The notes under the pieces are model-generated. The model was given only the letters and a program-made list of their open reading frames with translations, did no database searches and was not told the DNA's origin. The position numbers and the translations under genes were made by a program. This document shows, piece after piece, positions 25,366 through 38,287 of a DNA stretch of 64,000 nucleotides; positions within the stretch are counted from its first letter, which is position 1; every line of letters starts with the position of its first letter. This DNA comes from Leucoraja erinacea (Eukaryota): positions 12,214,001 to 12,278,000 of the forward strand of contig NC_073409.1 of the NCBI RefSeq assembly GCF_028641065.1. Reading direction: 5' to 3'.

Positions 25366-27289
25366 AAAAGAAACTTAACATTCAACATTTACACTGGTGG
25401 CTGGGGGCTGATCGTAAGACAGAGTAGAATTATGCCATTTGCCCCCTCAATCATGGCTGATCTATATTTCCCTTTCAATACTGTTCTTCTGCTTTCTCCC
25501 TTAACCTTTGACATTCATACTAATCAAGAACCTATCAATCTCTATTTAAAAAACAAAAAAAACCCAATGACTTGGTCTCCACAGTTATCTGTGGCAATGA
25601 TTTCAACAGAATGATCTCCCTCTGGCTAATGAATTTTGCACTCGTGTTATGCAGCCCTCCTTCAGTGCCAAAAACATTAATTGCTGGTACGAAAGTTCAC
25701 GAGCTAAGAGAACAGAGTTCTGGTGTTTAATCAGCACTCCTCCCTCCACCACTACAACCCCACCCACCAGCTGTGCCACAAGTGTGGAGGTTATGGGCAG
25801 AGGGTGAACCACTTGTCACGGTGACCTCGAGCACTTGAGACTGCACATCATTTGCTGAAGTGATCTGTTTGAATTATGTAAGTGATATGACTCTGTTGGA
25901 ATCAGAACTGTGCCTCATGTCAGGGAGTGACTGTTTATTTTGGGTATCTCGCCTCTCCTTTCCATCTCGTGACAGTGTGAACTTGATCCAGCTATGCAGC
26001 CGGGTGTCGGTTCCTACAAATACTGGCGAAACCTTGGTCCTTTCCACACCTCATTTCATTAACACTAACGAAGAAATGTCATTTTATATTTACCCCCTCA
26101 ATTCAAATGGTTACAGGGCTGCCTTCTTCCTTTAAACGCTTCTGTGTTAACATGTTTGTTCGTATTCTCACGTCATTCTTTGCCCCTCGCCAGGCGTGTA
26201 GTTCTGAGGATTCTCCACCAATCCAACTCTAGCTTCTTCACATCACATTCACATTAATGGCTCCACCACTGGTGGGTGTGACTGTGCCTTCAGCTGCCGG
26301 GGCTCCGAGCTTGGACATTCCCTGTGAAAACCTTCAGCCTCTCCCCTCTGCTCAAAACCTATCTCCTTGACTCAGCACTTGTCTCCACCTGTGGCTTGTG
26401 GTCAGCTCGTTCCTGTGAAGTACATCTTCATTTTACTGTATAAATGCAAGACGTTGGTGAAGTTCTATGGACCGGACGTCGAGTTTATTGTCATCTGCAC
26501 AAGTAGGGTGTGGTGTAGATACAATGAAAATCTTGCTTGCAGCAGTATTGATGGCACATACTCAGACAAACACACAAAGCACAATATTCTGCAAGACTGT
26601 AAAAATAAAAAGGACACTGCCAAAAAACAAGATGTTAGTGAAAAAACACAATTTAACAAAATTAAGAAGTCCAAGGTCGAGAAAGAGGTGATGCATAATA
26701 TCCTTTATGTTGTTGAACATATTTCTGTTGTTGTGCAGGTTGGTTCAAGAACCGGATAGTTTTGGGAAAGTAGCTGTTCCTAGCGGTGTGGGACTTGAGG
26801 CTTCTGTACCTTCTGCCCAAAGGTGGCAGCAACTTGACATGTCCTGTGAACCAGTACCCACCACAGGTTGGCATGTGACTGAACCACATTGGTGTTTGGT
26901 TACCCCCCCCAGTCACTGCTCAGTCGAGCAGGCCACCAATACTGATCATACTCGATCTCTGTCCCTGTGCATTCTAAACATTTTCTTCACTAATCCACAA
27001 TTTTCCCTCGAGTGTTTACCTGGCCTTCAAAGTGGTGTAGGGCAATCTTTGGTTGTAAAACAAAGTCGCTGGAAGTGGTGATCTTCGGTTTGGTCTTAAT
27101 TCACTGCTGAGAATTGTATTTTGTTCTTGAGACTGGAATGCAACTGGTTTGGATGGCACTTGCTGCCCGGGGCTGTGATTGGCCAGGCTCAGGAATTCAT
27201 CTGTTTGGGAATTCCTGAGCAAATGCTCCCTGTTGCAACACGTTGAGCTTTGGAGCTTCAGTCAGTGTTCTGCACGGCTTGCCCCCATT

Positions 27290-27595
27290 AAAGTCTGCAG
27301 TGGGTCAGCCAACGCCTCTGGAAGACATGGATAGGCAAGATTTTTGGGTCGGGTCACACCTTCCGACTAATAGTAGTAGGGGAAAGAAGGCTGGAAATCG
27401 GGTGAGGCCGGAACATGGTCTGGGATCCCCCCCCTCATGTATCCACCTAACTAACACTCGCCTCGTTCCCTGCCTCTTTTCCAGCTTTCTGCCCCCTTCT
27501 ACTATTAATCTGAAGAAGGGCCCTGCCCTGAAATGTCATCTATCCATATTCGCCTGAGATGCTACTTGACCCACTGAGTTACTTCAACACTTTGT
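27290..27595. mobile_element. Penelope-derived inverted-arm insert with hammerhead-like core
   Basis: CTGAAGAAGGGCCCTGCCCTGAAATGTC at ~27510; inverted arm at 27290-27370. Confidence 0.55.
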
Positions 27596-29709
27596 TCCCA
27601 GGTATCCAGAGGTGAAAGCTTGCTGTAGGTAGGAATGTGCAGTTAAGGTTACACCCAGATTAGCTGTGACCTTGTTATATGGCAGCGAATGCTTGAACGT
27701 TGCATACTACTGCTCTTAATTTGTGTTCATATGTAAACACGTTTGTGAACTCTCCCTTAATCCTAGCTCCGAGTCTGGTTCATTTGGTATAATTTTCCAG
27801 AGAAGTGAGCTGTGAGCTGTGGCGTCCTGGCTCTGTGATTCTTCCACCCTTCCTCAATTATATCCTCAGTAATATTTTCACAGCAGCGACAGCATGGGAC
27901 AGGGTTCTCCACCCAGTGGTTGGACCTTGGTGGTCGTGAGATCTGCTTTGTCTGGGTTGGAGGCTGTATCAGCAACGCTCAGTCCCTAAAATGCTGCACT
28001 GGCTGAACGTGCTGGGTCACAGGACCTGACGTAAAAGGACTGCAGAAGACTGAGGGGTGAGATGTTTAAAATGATGGACAGATTGGGTGGGCTTGATAAT
28101 GAAGAACTATTTCTCCTAATAGGGAATCAAGAATGAGGGGATGCAATTCTAAAATCAGAGCTAGGTGGTTTAGGCCATTTATTCCTGGGGGGGGGGGGAG
28201 GAAGCAGTTAAGGTTTTTAAAATTCTCTCCCCAGGCACCCACTGATGGCTTCGGATATCAAAGTCAATCAGAACTTCCAAAATTAAGTTTTGTAGAATAA
28301 AGGAGTTGGAGAAATGGTGAATGGGTCAGGGAGATGCGGTTGGGTTGGCATTGATCTTTTAAAGAGAGTCCCAAATGTGATGTATCCCACTTCAGAGGGT
28401 CCTGTTCATCCATAACCCCCTCCCATTCTCCACTCGATTTCTAAGCACTTAGAAAGAATTGCTTCTCTTAGTGCCTCTTCCCCATCCCCAGTTTGCAAGC
28501 CAAGGACCTGGCATTGCAAAAGATAAATGTTGTGGCTTCCGAATGATTCTCCTGATGCCTGGCGACCAGCAAAGACCCATTAGCTATAGAGAATTCCTCG
28601 TTAGCTGATTTTTCACTGTGGAAACTGATTATCAAAAAAAAAATTAAGAGTGATTCCGTTTCCAAAAACTCCAAGAGGAAGGTTTAAATCATTTACATAG
28701 AACAGTATGTGTTTAAAAAAGCAATTATCTAATCTCCTTGGCAACTTCAGTTCTATAGTACCAGACGATGTCATGACAACCAAATCTTCAACTCGTGCAT
28801 CCTTTCATTATTATACCATATCCACGTGTTTCACCGTTGCACGGAATATAACACCATGTGTGGAAGCTGTTGTTATTCCAAGACCTTTGTGATTTAATAT
28901 TTCAATGTAGCGGTGGTTTTTCCTGTAGCTTATATATTATTTAAATTGACAACTGTAACTTGTATTGATATAACATCTTTGGCTTGGCAACTCCTCTCAA
29001 TACACCCCACAAGAGAATTTATGAAGTAACAAGCATTGAGATGACTTATCAACCGATTTGGGTTTTGAGGAGCGTGGATGGGCAAATGGGAGATGTTTTA
29101 GTGCCTGTCAATGGCAGCAATAAGCCACTACTGGCCCAGCCCCATGGTCAGAAAGTTGATATTTAGCTGTGGCCCTTATTGTTTAATCTCTGCCTTGTAA
29201 ATCCTGCATGTCAGACCATATGATGGCATGGGCAGGATTGAACTTGGTGCGATAGACCCATAGTCAAAGAGCCTGTCAGAAATCATTATCCAGTCAGGTT
29301 GAGTTTATTGACATGTGCCCATGTACGGTAAAGTACTGCTACAATAAACATTTTTGCTTGCATAGTACCCCAGGCACATAAACTCAGACAGCACGCGATA
29401 TAAATTCTGCAAGACAGTAAAAGAAAAAATCTGCAATAACAAAGATGTTATTGGGGGAAAAAAACTAGTCCTTGGTAGTGCAAGAGGTGGACTATAGTAT
29501 TCCTTTGTTGAGATGGATTAGGGTTGTGCAAATTGGTTCAAGAACTTGGTGTTTATAGGAAAGTAGCCATTCCTGAACCTGGTGGGACTTCAGTCTTCTG
29601 TACCTCCTGCTTGACGGTAGGGAAAACATACTGTGAAATGTACTGACGCTGGCTCTCACTCCTCTACTCCATCAGTCTGAAGAAGGACCGACCTGAAACA
29701 TTTCCTCAG

Positions 29710-30514
29710 GCTTTTTATTATCTTATAGACGTTCCATAACTTATCAGTGATAATGCACAGAATCTGGTCTTTGTTAATCTCAAAATCTTTCAAAATTTAT
29801 TCCACTAAGTTCTGGAGATAAATGCTCTCATGATGTGCCTTGGTGTCCTTTAGTCCTAATGTCCGAGTTACTATTTTATTGTTTTCATCAACAAATCTAG
29901 CATTGATGGCAAATTAGTTAACCCTGTGACGAGTGGTGGCAAACATTTTAATGAACATGAACTACCCCTTTAGAGTTTTTCAAAGCTTTTCCTTTTCATT
30001 CTTGGCTTCTTCAAGTATAAGTTTCAGATGCTCTCCCTTGCCAGAGAAACTCGTAGTTTCTTAGCCATTTCACCATTTAGGCCTAGAAAGGCTGGCTGTG
30101 GAAATCAAGTTAAGGCTACACCATTTCTTACAACAAGTTCGATAAGGTGTTTCTTAAACATTTCTGTGGTCTTTGTTACTGTTACATTGTAGTAATGAAC
30201 CTTGGCACTGATGCTTGTCCGGATTGTCCCTCAGGAGATTAGTTTTTTTGCTGACTTTAATATAGTTGTACGATTTTTATTGGTTCTTGTATCTTTCTCA
30301 TTTGCAACATCTAAAATTTTACGGTGGAATCGCTACAAATGTTTCAAATTTGAAGTTCTTGTTGGAGCATTTTTATCAGAGCCGGAGAAACAACTGAGTT
30401 TTGTTTCACACAATCTTTCACTGTCATCATCTTCTATCGTAGACTGCCATACAAAATGTTTTTCATCTGTAGTTATTGTAAAATATTAAATCTGGTTGGA
30501 GTTTTCTTTGCCAT
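29710..30514 (-). pseudogene. Decayed hAT-family transposase (BED finger, DNA-binding region, start of catalytic domain)
   Basis: Hand translation of the - strand: FTITTDEKHFVWQ..LCETKLS..TSNLKHL*RFH (BED-like); FKKHLIELVVRNGVALT*FPQPAFLGLNGEMAKKLRVSL; FIKMFATTRHRVN*FAINARF..ILCIITD. Multiple stops and frameshifts. Confidence 0.75.
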
Positions 30515-31505
30515 TGAGAAGGGAGCTTTGGATTTCAACCTTGCTAACTTGGGAAATTTTGAATTAACTCTTTTTTTCCTGTAAAAGAAAAGAATTAATG
30601 ACATTGGTGAATGAATAGTGCCTGATATGGAATTATTAACATCTTTTATACATCACAAAATATGGGGCTAAAGTACAGTAACTACCTGCGGAAGAACTGA
30701 CATACTTTACTTGCCTTTACTAACTCACTTTAGTAGTCTCTATTCATTGGTAATTAAATAATCTGAGGAAATTTGTTTTAAGGGATTAGGGGGGTCAAGG
30801 GGACGCAGCCCCCCCCCACCCCCCCCCCCCCCCCCCCCCGTTTAGGTTAGGTTAAAGGGGGGGGGGGGGGGGGGGTCAAGGGAACGCAGTCCGCGTTAGT
30901 TTGGGGGTTCACTATACTTTTTCCTAAATGAGAATTAATCTTTTTTTTCTCGTCATTACTCAACCCCTTACTAACCTTTTAACCTAGAATATTGTGTCAA
31001 GCATCCAACTGAAAGTAGAAATTATGGTTTGTATTGACGAAAAATTACCAAATTCTTTGACGCTTTGCCAAGACTAGTGTTTACTGCTGTTAAGAACTAA
31101 TTAATCATCACTGACGATTTTTTTTTTGCAGTAAATCATGGAAATTTTCGTAATCTGTATTCATTTATAATACATTTCCCCATAAATGAATGACTAAATT
31201 TCCCTTTTGAATTCAGAAATTATCCAGGCATGTTCACTCAGTAGCAGGTAGGAGGGAAATCAGCTGGTGATGGCGTTTGTTTACGTTTTGTTTCTCGTCG
31301 TTCTGCCGCCAGATGACAGCGCCGATGTGATTTTTCATTTTCTGGGTGGAAATAAAGTGTGCGGTATGTTTAAAAAGTAAGATTTTTTCCAATTATCGTA
31401 GTCTCTGAAATTTATGTTGATGTCGGAGTCGGGACTTTTTTACCGACTCTGACTCCAGCAGCACCAAAATTGCTCCGTCTCCGACTCGACGACTGACTCC
31501 ACCAT
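30515..31505 (-). mobile_element. 5' non-coding arm and terminus of the hAT element
   Basis: GGAGTCGG/CCGACTCC subterminal repeats at 31420-31500; repeated GGGGGTCAAGGG(G/A)ACGCAG motifs with G/C tracts at 30790-30895. Confidence 0.55.
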
Positions 31506-33746
31506 AAGTCCAGGCTGTTGCTGGAATTCCTGGCTATGTCAGGCGCTGTGCTGCCAAGCTGTGCCTGATGGCGTCTGTGGTGCTTCACCAAACCTGGGCT
31601 GAAACTTCACCAAAAGAGGAGACTGAGAAACAGAAACCTAATGAAGCAGCAAGGCAAGGAAGAATAAACAGTGTGTTTGTCAGCCACTTTAAGGCAAACA
31701 GATTGCCCCATCCAGGCTTTAAATTGATGTGGAGACTTGCTCTATTGCCTCCAGTTTTCTGTGTTTTTGCTGTATAGTGAGGAGCCCTGCACACTGCAAG
31801 CAGCCGCTGCCAGAGAACGTGGTGTAACCTGCCTCATTGTAGCAGACATCACAATTTCCTCCCACTACTGATATCTGATGCCTCCTTCAGTACACGATGT
31901 TCTGTGGTGAATGACCAAGTTGATGCATTTTAAACAGGGAACTTTAGTTTGTAAAATGCTCGTTCCCAGATACTGCTTCAGAATTTTCATCAGGGGTGAC
32001 CTGATGGCCTGACTGATGCACAATGGCAGAGTCGTTCAGCTGAAGGGTCTTGCACAATGTGCATAGTCCCTGCGAATGATGGTGAAGACCAAAATTTAAA
32101 TAGCCAGGGTGAGTGAGCTTTGTCAGGGATGCTGGGGTTTACAATTGGGTGTGATGAGGGGAGCAGACAGAGGACAACTCTAATTGATGCCACTAGTTCA
32201 CCTGCAACATCTGTGCCCCAGATGCTGGGCTTGTGTCACCCACTGCCCCAATCTTTGTACTTCCCCAGGAATATATCCATCCAGAATTGGTAAATGTGCA
32301 AGTAGCTATTACGTAGGTGCTGCTGGGAGCTCCATGTATGAACAGCTCAATATGTCAATTGCACCATTGTCACATCTGCTGGAGCTGCCACTCAATCCCA
32401 ACACTCTTGTGACAGTGCTTTGGGTACATTTATCGGTCTGCCTGGAGGGAACTTATGAAGTCCAGGATGGGAGTTACTCCCAATTCATCAGCTCAACACT
32501 GGGCTCAACTTGCGTTAGTGGGAACAGAATTCCCAATGGAAACACAGTTAAAGCTTGGACAGAATCACCAATTGTCACTGACGCTACAGAAATGTTGGTA
32601 ATTTGAGGAAAAGGCCACTAAAATTATAAGCAATTAACAAACCAATTAAACACACTTTACATGCCAGCCCTAATGGATCGGATGTAGCCTGCTGGCAGTT
32701 CTTGATGTGACACTTAATATTCTTTCGTTCTGCATTCAGCGGGAATATTTATGAATTATTCCTGTTTCTACCACACCATTAGTTATGTAAATGTTGGTTT
32801 CAGCAGATGATAGAAGTTTTCTTCAATAAGGGATGATGCGCTTCCCCACAGATGAGCCAGAACAAAGCTTTTCTACTCTGTTTGAGAGAGATTTCAAGAA
32901 ACAAATTAGTAATTTATTCATTTTATTTGAGCTGTCTATTCGCATCCAACTCTTTGATCCTCATATTATTCATTCTGTTCGGGCAGTGGTTCAATGGGAG
33001 AAATTCTCTCGCTTGAGACAAGCCCCCTTGGTGTGGTACCAAAGGAGCACTATATCATCAAGAGTGTTTTGTTGTCATATGTACAAGGAATGAAACCATG
33101 ACATTTTTACTTGCTGCAGTTTTACAGGCACATTAAACGCAACACCATCACAAAACACATACAGCAAACAATGATACAATAAATTATCAGTCATACTAAT
33201 TCATCCGATCATAATGTCGCAAGCCGAACTGTGTAGTGCAAGCTATGCAAAATAGGGGTTTGATTGGAGCTATGCATGTAGTTCCAGAGCCTGATGTTTG
33301 ATGGGAAGAAACTGTTCTTGAACCCTGAGGTCATGGTTCTTCTGCACCGCCCTTCTGACAGCAGCAGCAAGTCGAGAGCATAGCCAGGGCGATGTGGGTC
33401 TGTGATATTGGCTGCCCTTCCTGAGGCAGAGCTTCCTGAAACCTCTCTCGGGTGCTGCCTCTCAGATAGAGCTTATGTTGACCTGATATGTTCTGTTGCT
33501 TTGATACAGGAAAGACCAGGCCAATGGGATAGGTTCATAGGATCCCAGTGTTCATGCACAAAACACCCAATTAACTGGTCTTTTTTTTTTTTTAAGCTAC
33601 TTGTAAATTGATTTGTGTTTGCCATGTTCCAACAGTGATCACATTTTGCAAGGGCATCGCTTGTCGTGAAGCACTTTGGTTTGTCAAGCTGTGGGTAGGT
33701 GCCTTGAGGTGTCATCTGGCTAGAGGCAAAGCCCAGATATGGCTGT

Positions 33747-33931
33747 GTTTAAGAAGGAACTGCAGATGCTGGAAAATCGAAGGTACACAAAAAAGCTGGA
33801 CAAACTCAGCGGGTGCAGCAGCATCTATGGAGCGAAGGAAAAAGGCAACGTTTCGGGCCGAAACGTTGCCTTTTTCCTTCGCTCCATAGATGCTGCTGCA
33901 CCCGCTGAGTTTCTCCAGCTTTTTTGTGTAC
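33747..33931. mobile_element. Recent fold-back Penelope-derived insert containing a 151-bp near-perfect palindrome
   Basis: Arms 33782-33856 and 33858-33932 match at 74/75; perfect 15-bp flanking duplication CCCAGATATGGCTGT (33732 and 33932). Confidence 0.9.
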
Positions 33932-36410
33932 CCCAGATATGGCTGTTGAGAGCGATGAAGGCTTTGTGCACGTGACTCTCTGTGGCGTCTAGCAGGTAAA
34001 TTAACTGCTGCATTTCATTCTAGAAAGGGAATCTATAGACCTCAACACTTGTTTCTGTCAGAGGTAGGTTACTGAAAAGTGGGTCGAGTGGTCTTTTGGC
34101 TTTGGCTGTAATGAAGTGTGGTGGGTAATGCGTGTGAGTCTATGAGTCTGCACTGATCCTTTTTTCGCTCAGTGTTCTGAGCCATCCTTCCTGTCCACAC
34201 AGACCTCGTTCCCTCTGGGCAATCTACGCCTAATCTCAAGAATGTCAGGAAGCTGTGTGTGTGGACAAAGTACTGAGTATGAATGTACAAACCATTACTG
34301 CGATTTATCAGGACTGGGAATACAACACCACTGAGTTCACTGATAACTACAGGATATCACGACAGCACTAGAAAATAATTGACCATTCTAGTGGCTGCAC
34401 AGATAATCTCTCTGCTCAGGTCTGCTTATAAAAAGCGGGTACATTTGTAATTGATCAATTACCATGTCATGGGCCATTTAGCATAGCAAGTGTCGCAGGG
34501 GGTGAAAGCAGTGTGTGGGGCCTGAGGCTTGTCCTCGAGAATCTTCCAGGTTTTTGAGGACGTGCAGTGGTGAACATCGCACTGGGTTTTGGGATGGTAG
34601 TTTCACGTTGTTGGGGGAGTCCAAAGCAGGTCCAATCCTCTGAGGACATTGTAGAGATTCTACGTTGAAAGTGTCGCTCGTTGGTATGGATGGGAGGGAA
34701 GGTTCAGATGCCATCTTGAGTTGTTTAGGTTTCACTTTTTAATATCCTTTGGAATTGATGACAATTGCATGAACATTCCCTGGGGCCTGCCTTTACTTTG
34801 TCATTTGTTCTCCTTTCTGAAGGTGCGGCATCTCATCAGGTACAACCCATGCCCCAGGGTTCCCTCTCTTGATGCAGAAGTGAATGCAGCTCTCCCTCTA
34901 TAGACTGAGTCTGTTGCTGGGTCTTAAACCTTCAGGGAACGGTAATCCTTGGGACTCTGGCAGATGTCCCCTCAATGTCCATTTGCTAAAAGAAGTTGCA
35001 TTTTTGTAGGATCTTCTTTGACCCTTGCTGGTTGTCCCTGAATGCTTTACAGAATATGAAACGCATCTGACGTGTAATGACTGTAAGATGTCAAAAACAA
35101 GGGAGTTATTTGTCCAGCAAACTCAGATTAATGGTACAGTAATAACGAGTGTGTAATCTGTTTTGAGGAATATGGGGATACCATTGAACCATGAGAACCC
35201 TTCTGTCCATCAGGGAAGTGGAAGCTGTGTCGGGCCTGTACGGCACCAGAGCACGGCCTACATTGTCCTGTGCTTGGTTCTGTGGGTGACGCTTGAATCC
35301 TTCATCCCTCGGGGGAGTGGAGCTGACCTCTGCACCACGAGAGGCCAATGTAGGAGCCCTTTTAATCCCAGTTACTGATTGTCATTGAAACCAATATCTG
35401 TTCAACACACCGCCCACACATGGGGGGGGAAAACCCTGGGTATTCCACGGTGGGGCAGTGCGTGCGTGTGTAGAAGCTTCAGTCCTCTGTCCAACACTTA
35501 TATGTGGTAACTCTGGTACTTTGAAGGCTGGAAAATCCTGAGAATGTTTAGTGCAAGAAATATTTCGAAAGTGCGCTAACTATTGTTGTGCAAGTGTTCT
35601 CCGCTTGCTACATGCCACAAAATCTGGTGTTGGTTACCACGGAAACTGGAGGAATGGGTGTGATCACTGTCAGTAACCCCAACGTCAGGAAAGAGATCCT
35701 CTGCGTAGTCGGTTGTTTCAGGCCTCGTGTCCCCTGGGATGGTGTTTTCGGGAGAGAGGCTTAGGAAATTTGGCATATGTTGAAGTTGAGTAACAGTGTG
35801 AGTGATAAATCTGAGTCAGGGGCTTGTGGAGAAATGAATGAGTCATTTCCTCTGGGACGCAGCTTGGATTAGCGTGGCTGCTGTTTTAATTGAAAGCACT
35901 CCATCGTATCCGGGGAGCCGCTCTCAGCTCTTGTTGAAAGATTCAACAAAATAATAAATGGATTTGGTTTTCAGAGTGCTTTGCGATGGGAATCCTGGGT
36001 ATTGTTGGACGGAATTGGAAACACTGCCACCTGCTGTTCCAATGAAATGTGTCGATGATGATAGTAAAACTAGTGCCCTCACTCCATCTCCTGAAAGCCT
36101 GGGTGTGTGGCATTGAGGCAGCGATGCCTATTCATTGTCACATCAAACACGCAACCTTGACTTATCAGCTTCCCCATTAAATACTCTAGTTCCAACTTTA
36201 GAAAGATCAGGGAACTGGAAGAGGAATTGGGGCTTGGAGCACAATCACAGGTTTGAGGGGCCAAATGGCCTTGTGTTCCTATTTTCTTGTCTTGTTCGTG
36301 CGTGTCTGCCTCCCTCGAGCCGCGCCGTGTTTGGAACTGGCCTCGAACCTCCATTTCTTGGTTAGGTTTCCTACAGCTCAGGCTGCATGATGCTGCAGGA
36401 TGCCCCCACT

Positions 36411-36720
36411 CCTTGGTTCTTGGTTTCTTGGTCCTCCAAAATATTCCAAATGGAATTTAAACTGGTGAAGGGAGGGCTTAAGCCAGAAAGGGTTATTGGG
36501 AAGAAAGAGCTACTTTAAATTTAGTTGCGTCTGGTTGGGTAACTATAGTTGGGTGGAGATTATTCCATACTTTAATTGTGCGGGGGAAGAACGAATTGCT
36601 GAACACATCTGTCTTTGTAGCTGGGATCACAAATTGGATCGAATGCCCTCGTCTGCTCCTAATTGGTTTGGGTTTGTTCTGAAATCGAGATGTAGGGATG
36701 TAGCGATCCATTTTGTCCCC
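36411..36720 (-). mobile_element. LINE 3' end with (CCAAGAA)n tail
   Basis: ORF RSRRGHSIQFVIPATKTDVFSNSFFPRTIKVWNNLHP is a non-LTR RT C-terminus, open up to its stop. Confidence 0.75.
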
Positions 36721-37152
36721 AGAGAGTGTGGAACTCTCCCAGTCTCAGTCTGCACCTTAACCCTCCACTTTCCCAACCCTTGCTTTTAAGACCCCAAGTT
36801 TTGTTGCTGAACTCCTGCACTGGAAGTATCTCGGTGGTTGATGTTTGGGCCATTCTACAGTGATGAAGGGTGCTGTATGAGTGTACTTGTTTCTTTTGTC
36901 AATTAAATGGTACAGCAGGAGGCAACTAGGCACATTAGATTTATGCTTTCTCTTTGTTGCAATATCTCTTGTCAATCCCATCCACCTCTTCCAACAAGTC
37001 TGTAGCCCTGGGAGTTCATCTTTTTCTGCTGTTTATCCAACCTGTGTTCGGATTGAACCCTAGCAACCTGGCAACCTAGTTGCTAGGATTGCCAACCTGG
37101 CAAAGTATTCCTAATCTCAACTCTCGGCCCCTTGAGGTCTCCCAAGACAACT

Positions 37153-37437
37153 TTAGACTTCAGAGACACAGCATGGAAATAGACCCTTCGACCCACTGAG
37201 TTGGCGCCGACCAGCCATCATCCCACCCATGAACACTATCCTACAAATTAGGGACAATTTACAGAAGCTACAAGCCTGTACATCTTTGGAGTTTGGGAGG
37301 AAACCAGAGACCCTGGAGAAAACCCTCGCAGTCACGGGAACGAACGTACAAACTCCATACAGACGGCACCTGTAGTCAGGAACGCAAACTGGGGTCTCTG
37401 GCGCTGTAAGGCAGCATCTCTACCACAGTGCTGCCCC
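37153..37437 (-). mobile_element. V-SINE (HE1-like)
   Basis: Homologous to 7325-7616 (CTTACAGCGCCAGAGACCC, GTTTGTACGTTC, GGTTTCCTCCC). Confidence 0.8.
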
Positions 37438-38076
37438 TTTCTCTGTCAGCCTCCAATTTTGTTCCTTCAAATTCTTTTGCCTCTTCTACCTCAGTGTCAC
37501 AAACTAATTATTCTCTTTGTTTGGCCGCTGCCGGCCGTGCCTGCCGCTTTCACTTGTGTTTTGCTTTTTTTTTGGTTCCTTGTTTTATTTTATGAAACGT
37601 TCTTTCTTTGAATTAGAAAAAGTCCCAGTTAGTGATGGAGGACCGAAGGGAGATTATTTCCAGTGGAAGCTGCTTTATCTTGGCTCATTGAGCTGGACAG
37701 ATTCAGTCTGACACAGATCAATAGACCCTGAAGCGGCTTATATGTCAGTTTATTGATCTGTCTGTTTTCATCTGGTCAAATCTCACTTTAATCTCTTAGT
37801 CTTTTTTTATTCCCTGCTCCCTGCCTCATTATTTTACCCTGGTAAATGTTCTTAAACATTTTGTGGCCCAGATTTTAATGAACAAAAGTGTGTTTTGAGT
37901 TCTAGTGGGGAGGGGTAACCACCACCTCCCTTCGTGACGTTGAAGAATATGATCCTTGCCCTTCCTCCACATGTTACTCCCGGCCCTGGTTACCCCAATA
38001 TGGCCTCAAGCGCTTGGGCTGATGCAATGCCATTGCATACGGTCTTGTTAAAAGTTTCATTTTCCGCACACTTTAG

Positions 38077-38287
38077 GACAAATTTGGAAGCTCTGCAGAA
38101 GAAGTTGGAAGAACTCGAGTTGGACGAACAACAGCGGAAACGGCTGGAGGCCTTTCTGACTCAGAAGCAGAAGGTTGGCGAGCTGAAGGACGATGACTTT
38201 GAGAAGATCTCGGAACTGGGTGCGGGCAACGGAGGCGTTGTATTCAAGGTCTCCCACAAGCCCTCCGGCCTAATCATGGCCCGAAAG
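38077..38287 (+). CDS. MAP2K1: MAP2K1 exon 2, 211 nt (NES, Gly-rich loop, catalytic Lys)
   Basis: [70 protein letters not shown]; TTTAG / GTAAA. Confidence 0.98.

Noticed and set aside
30790-30895. Long poly-C/poly-G tracts as a G-quadruplex switch
   Set aside because: They belong to the hAT arm, similar homopolymers are scattered through the window, and their lengths are unreliable in assemblies.
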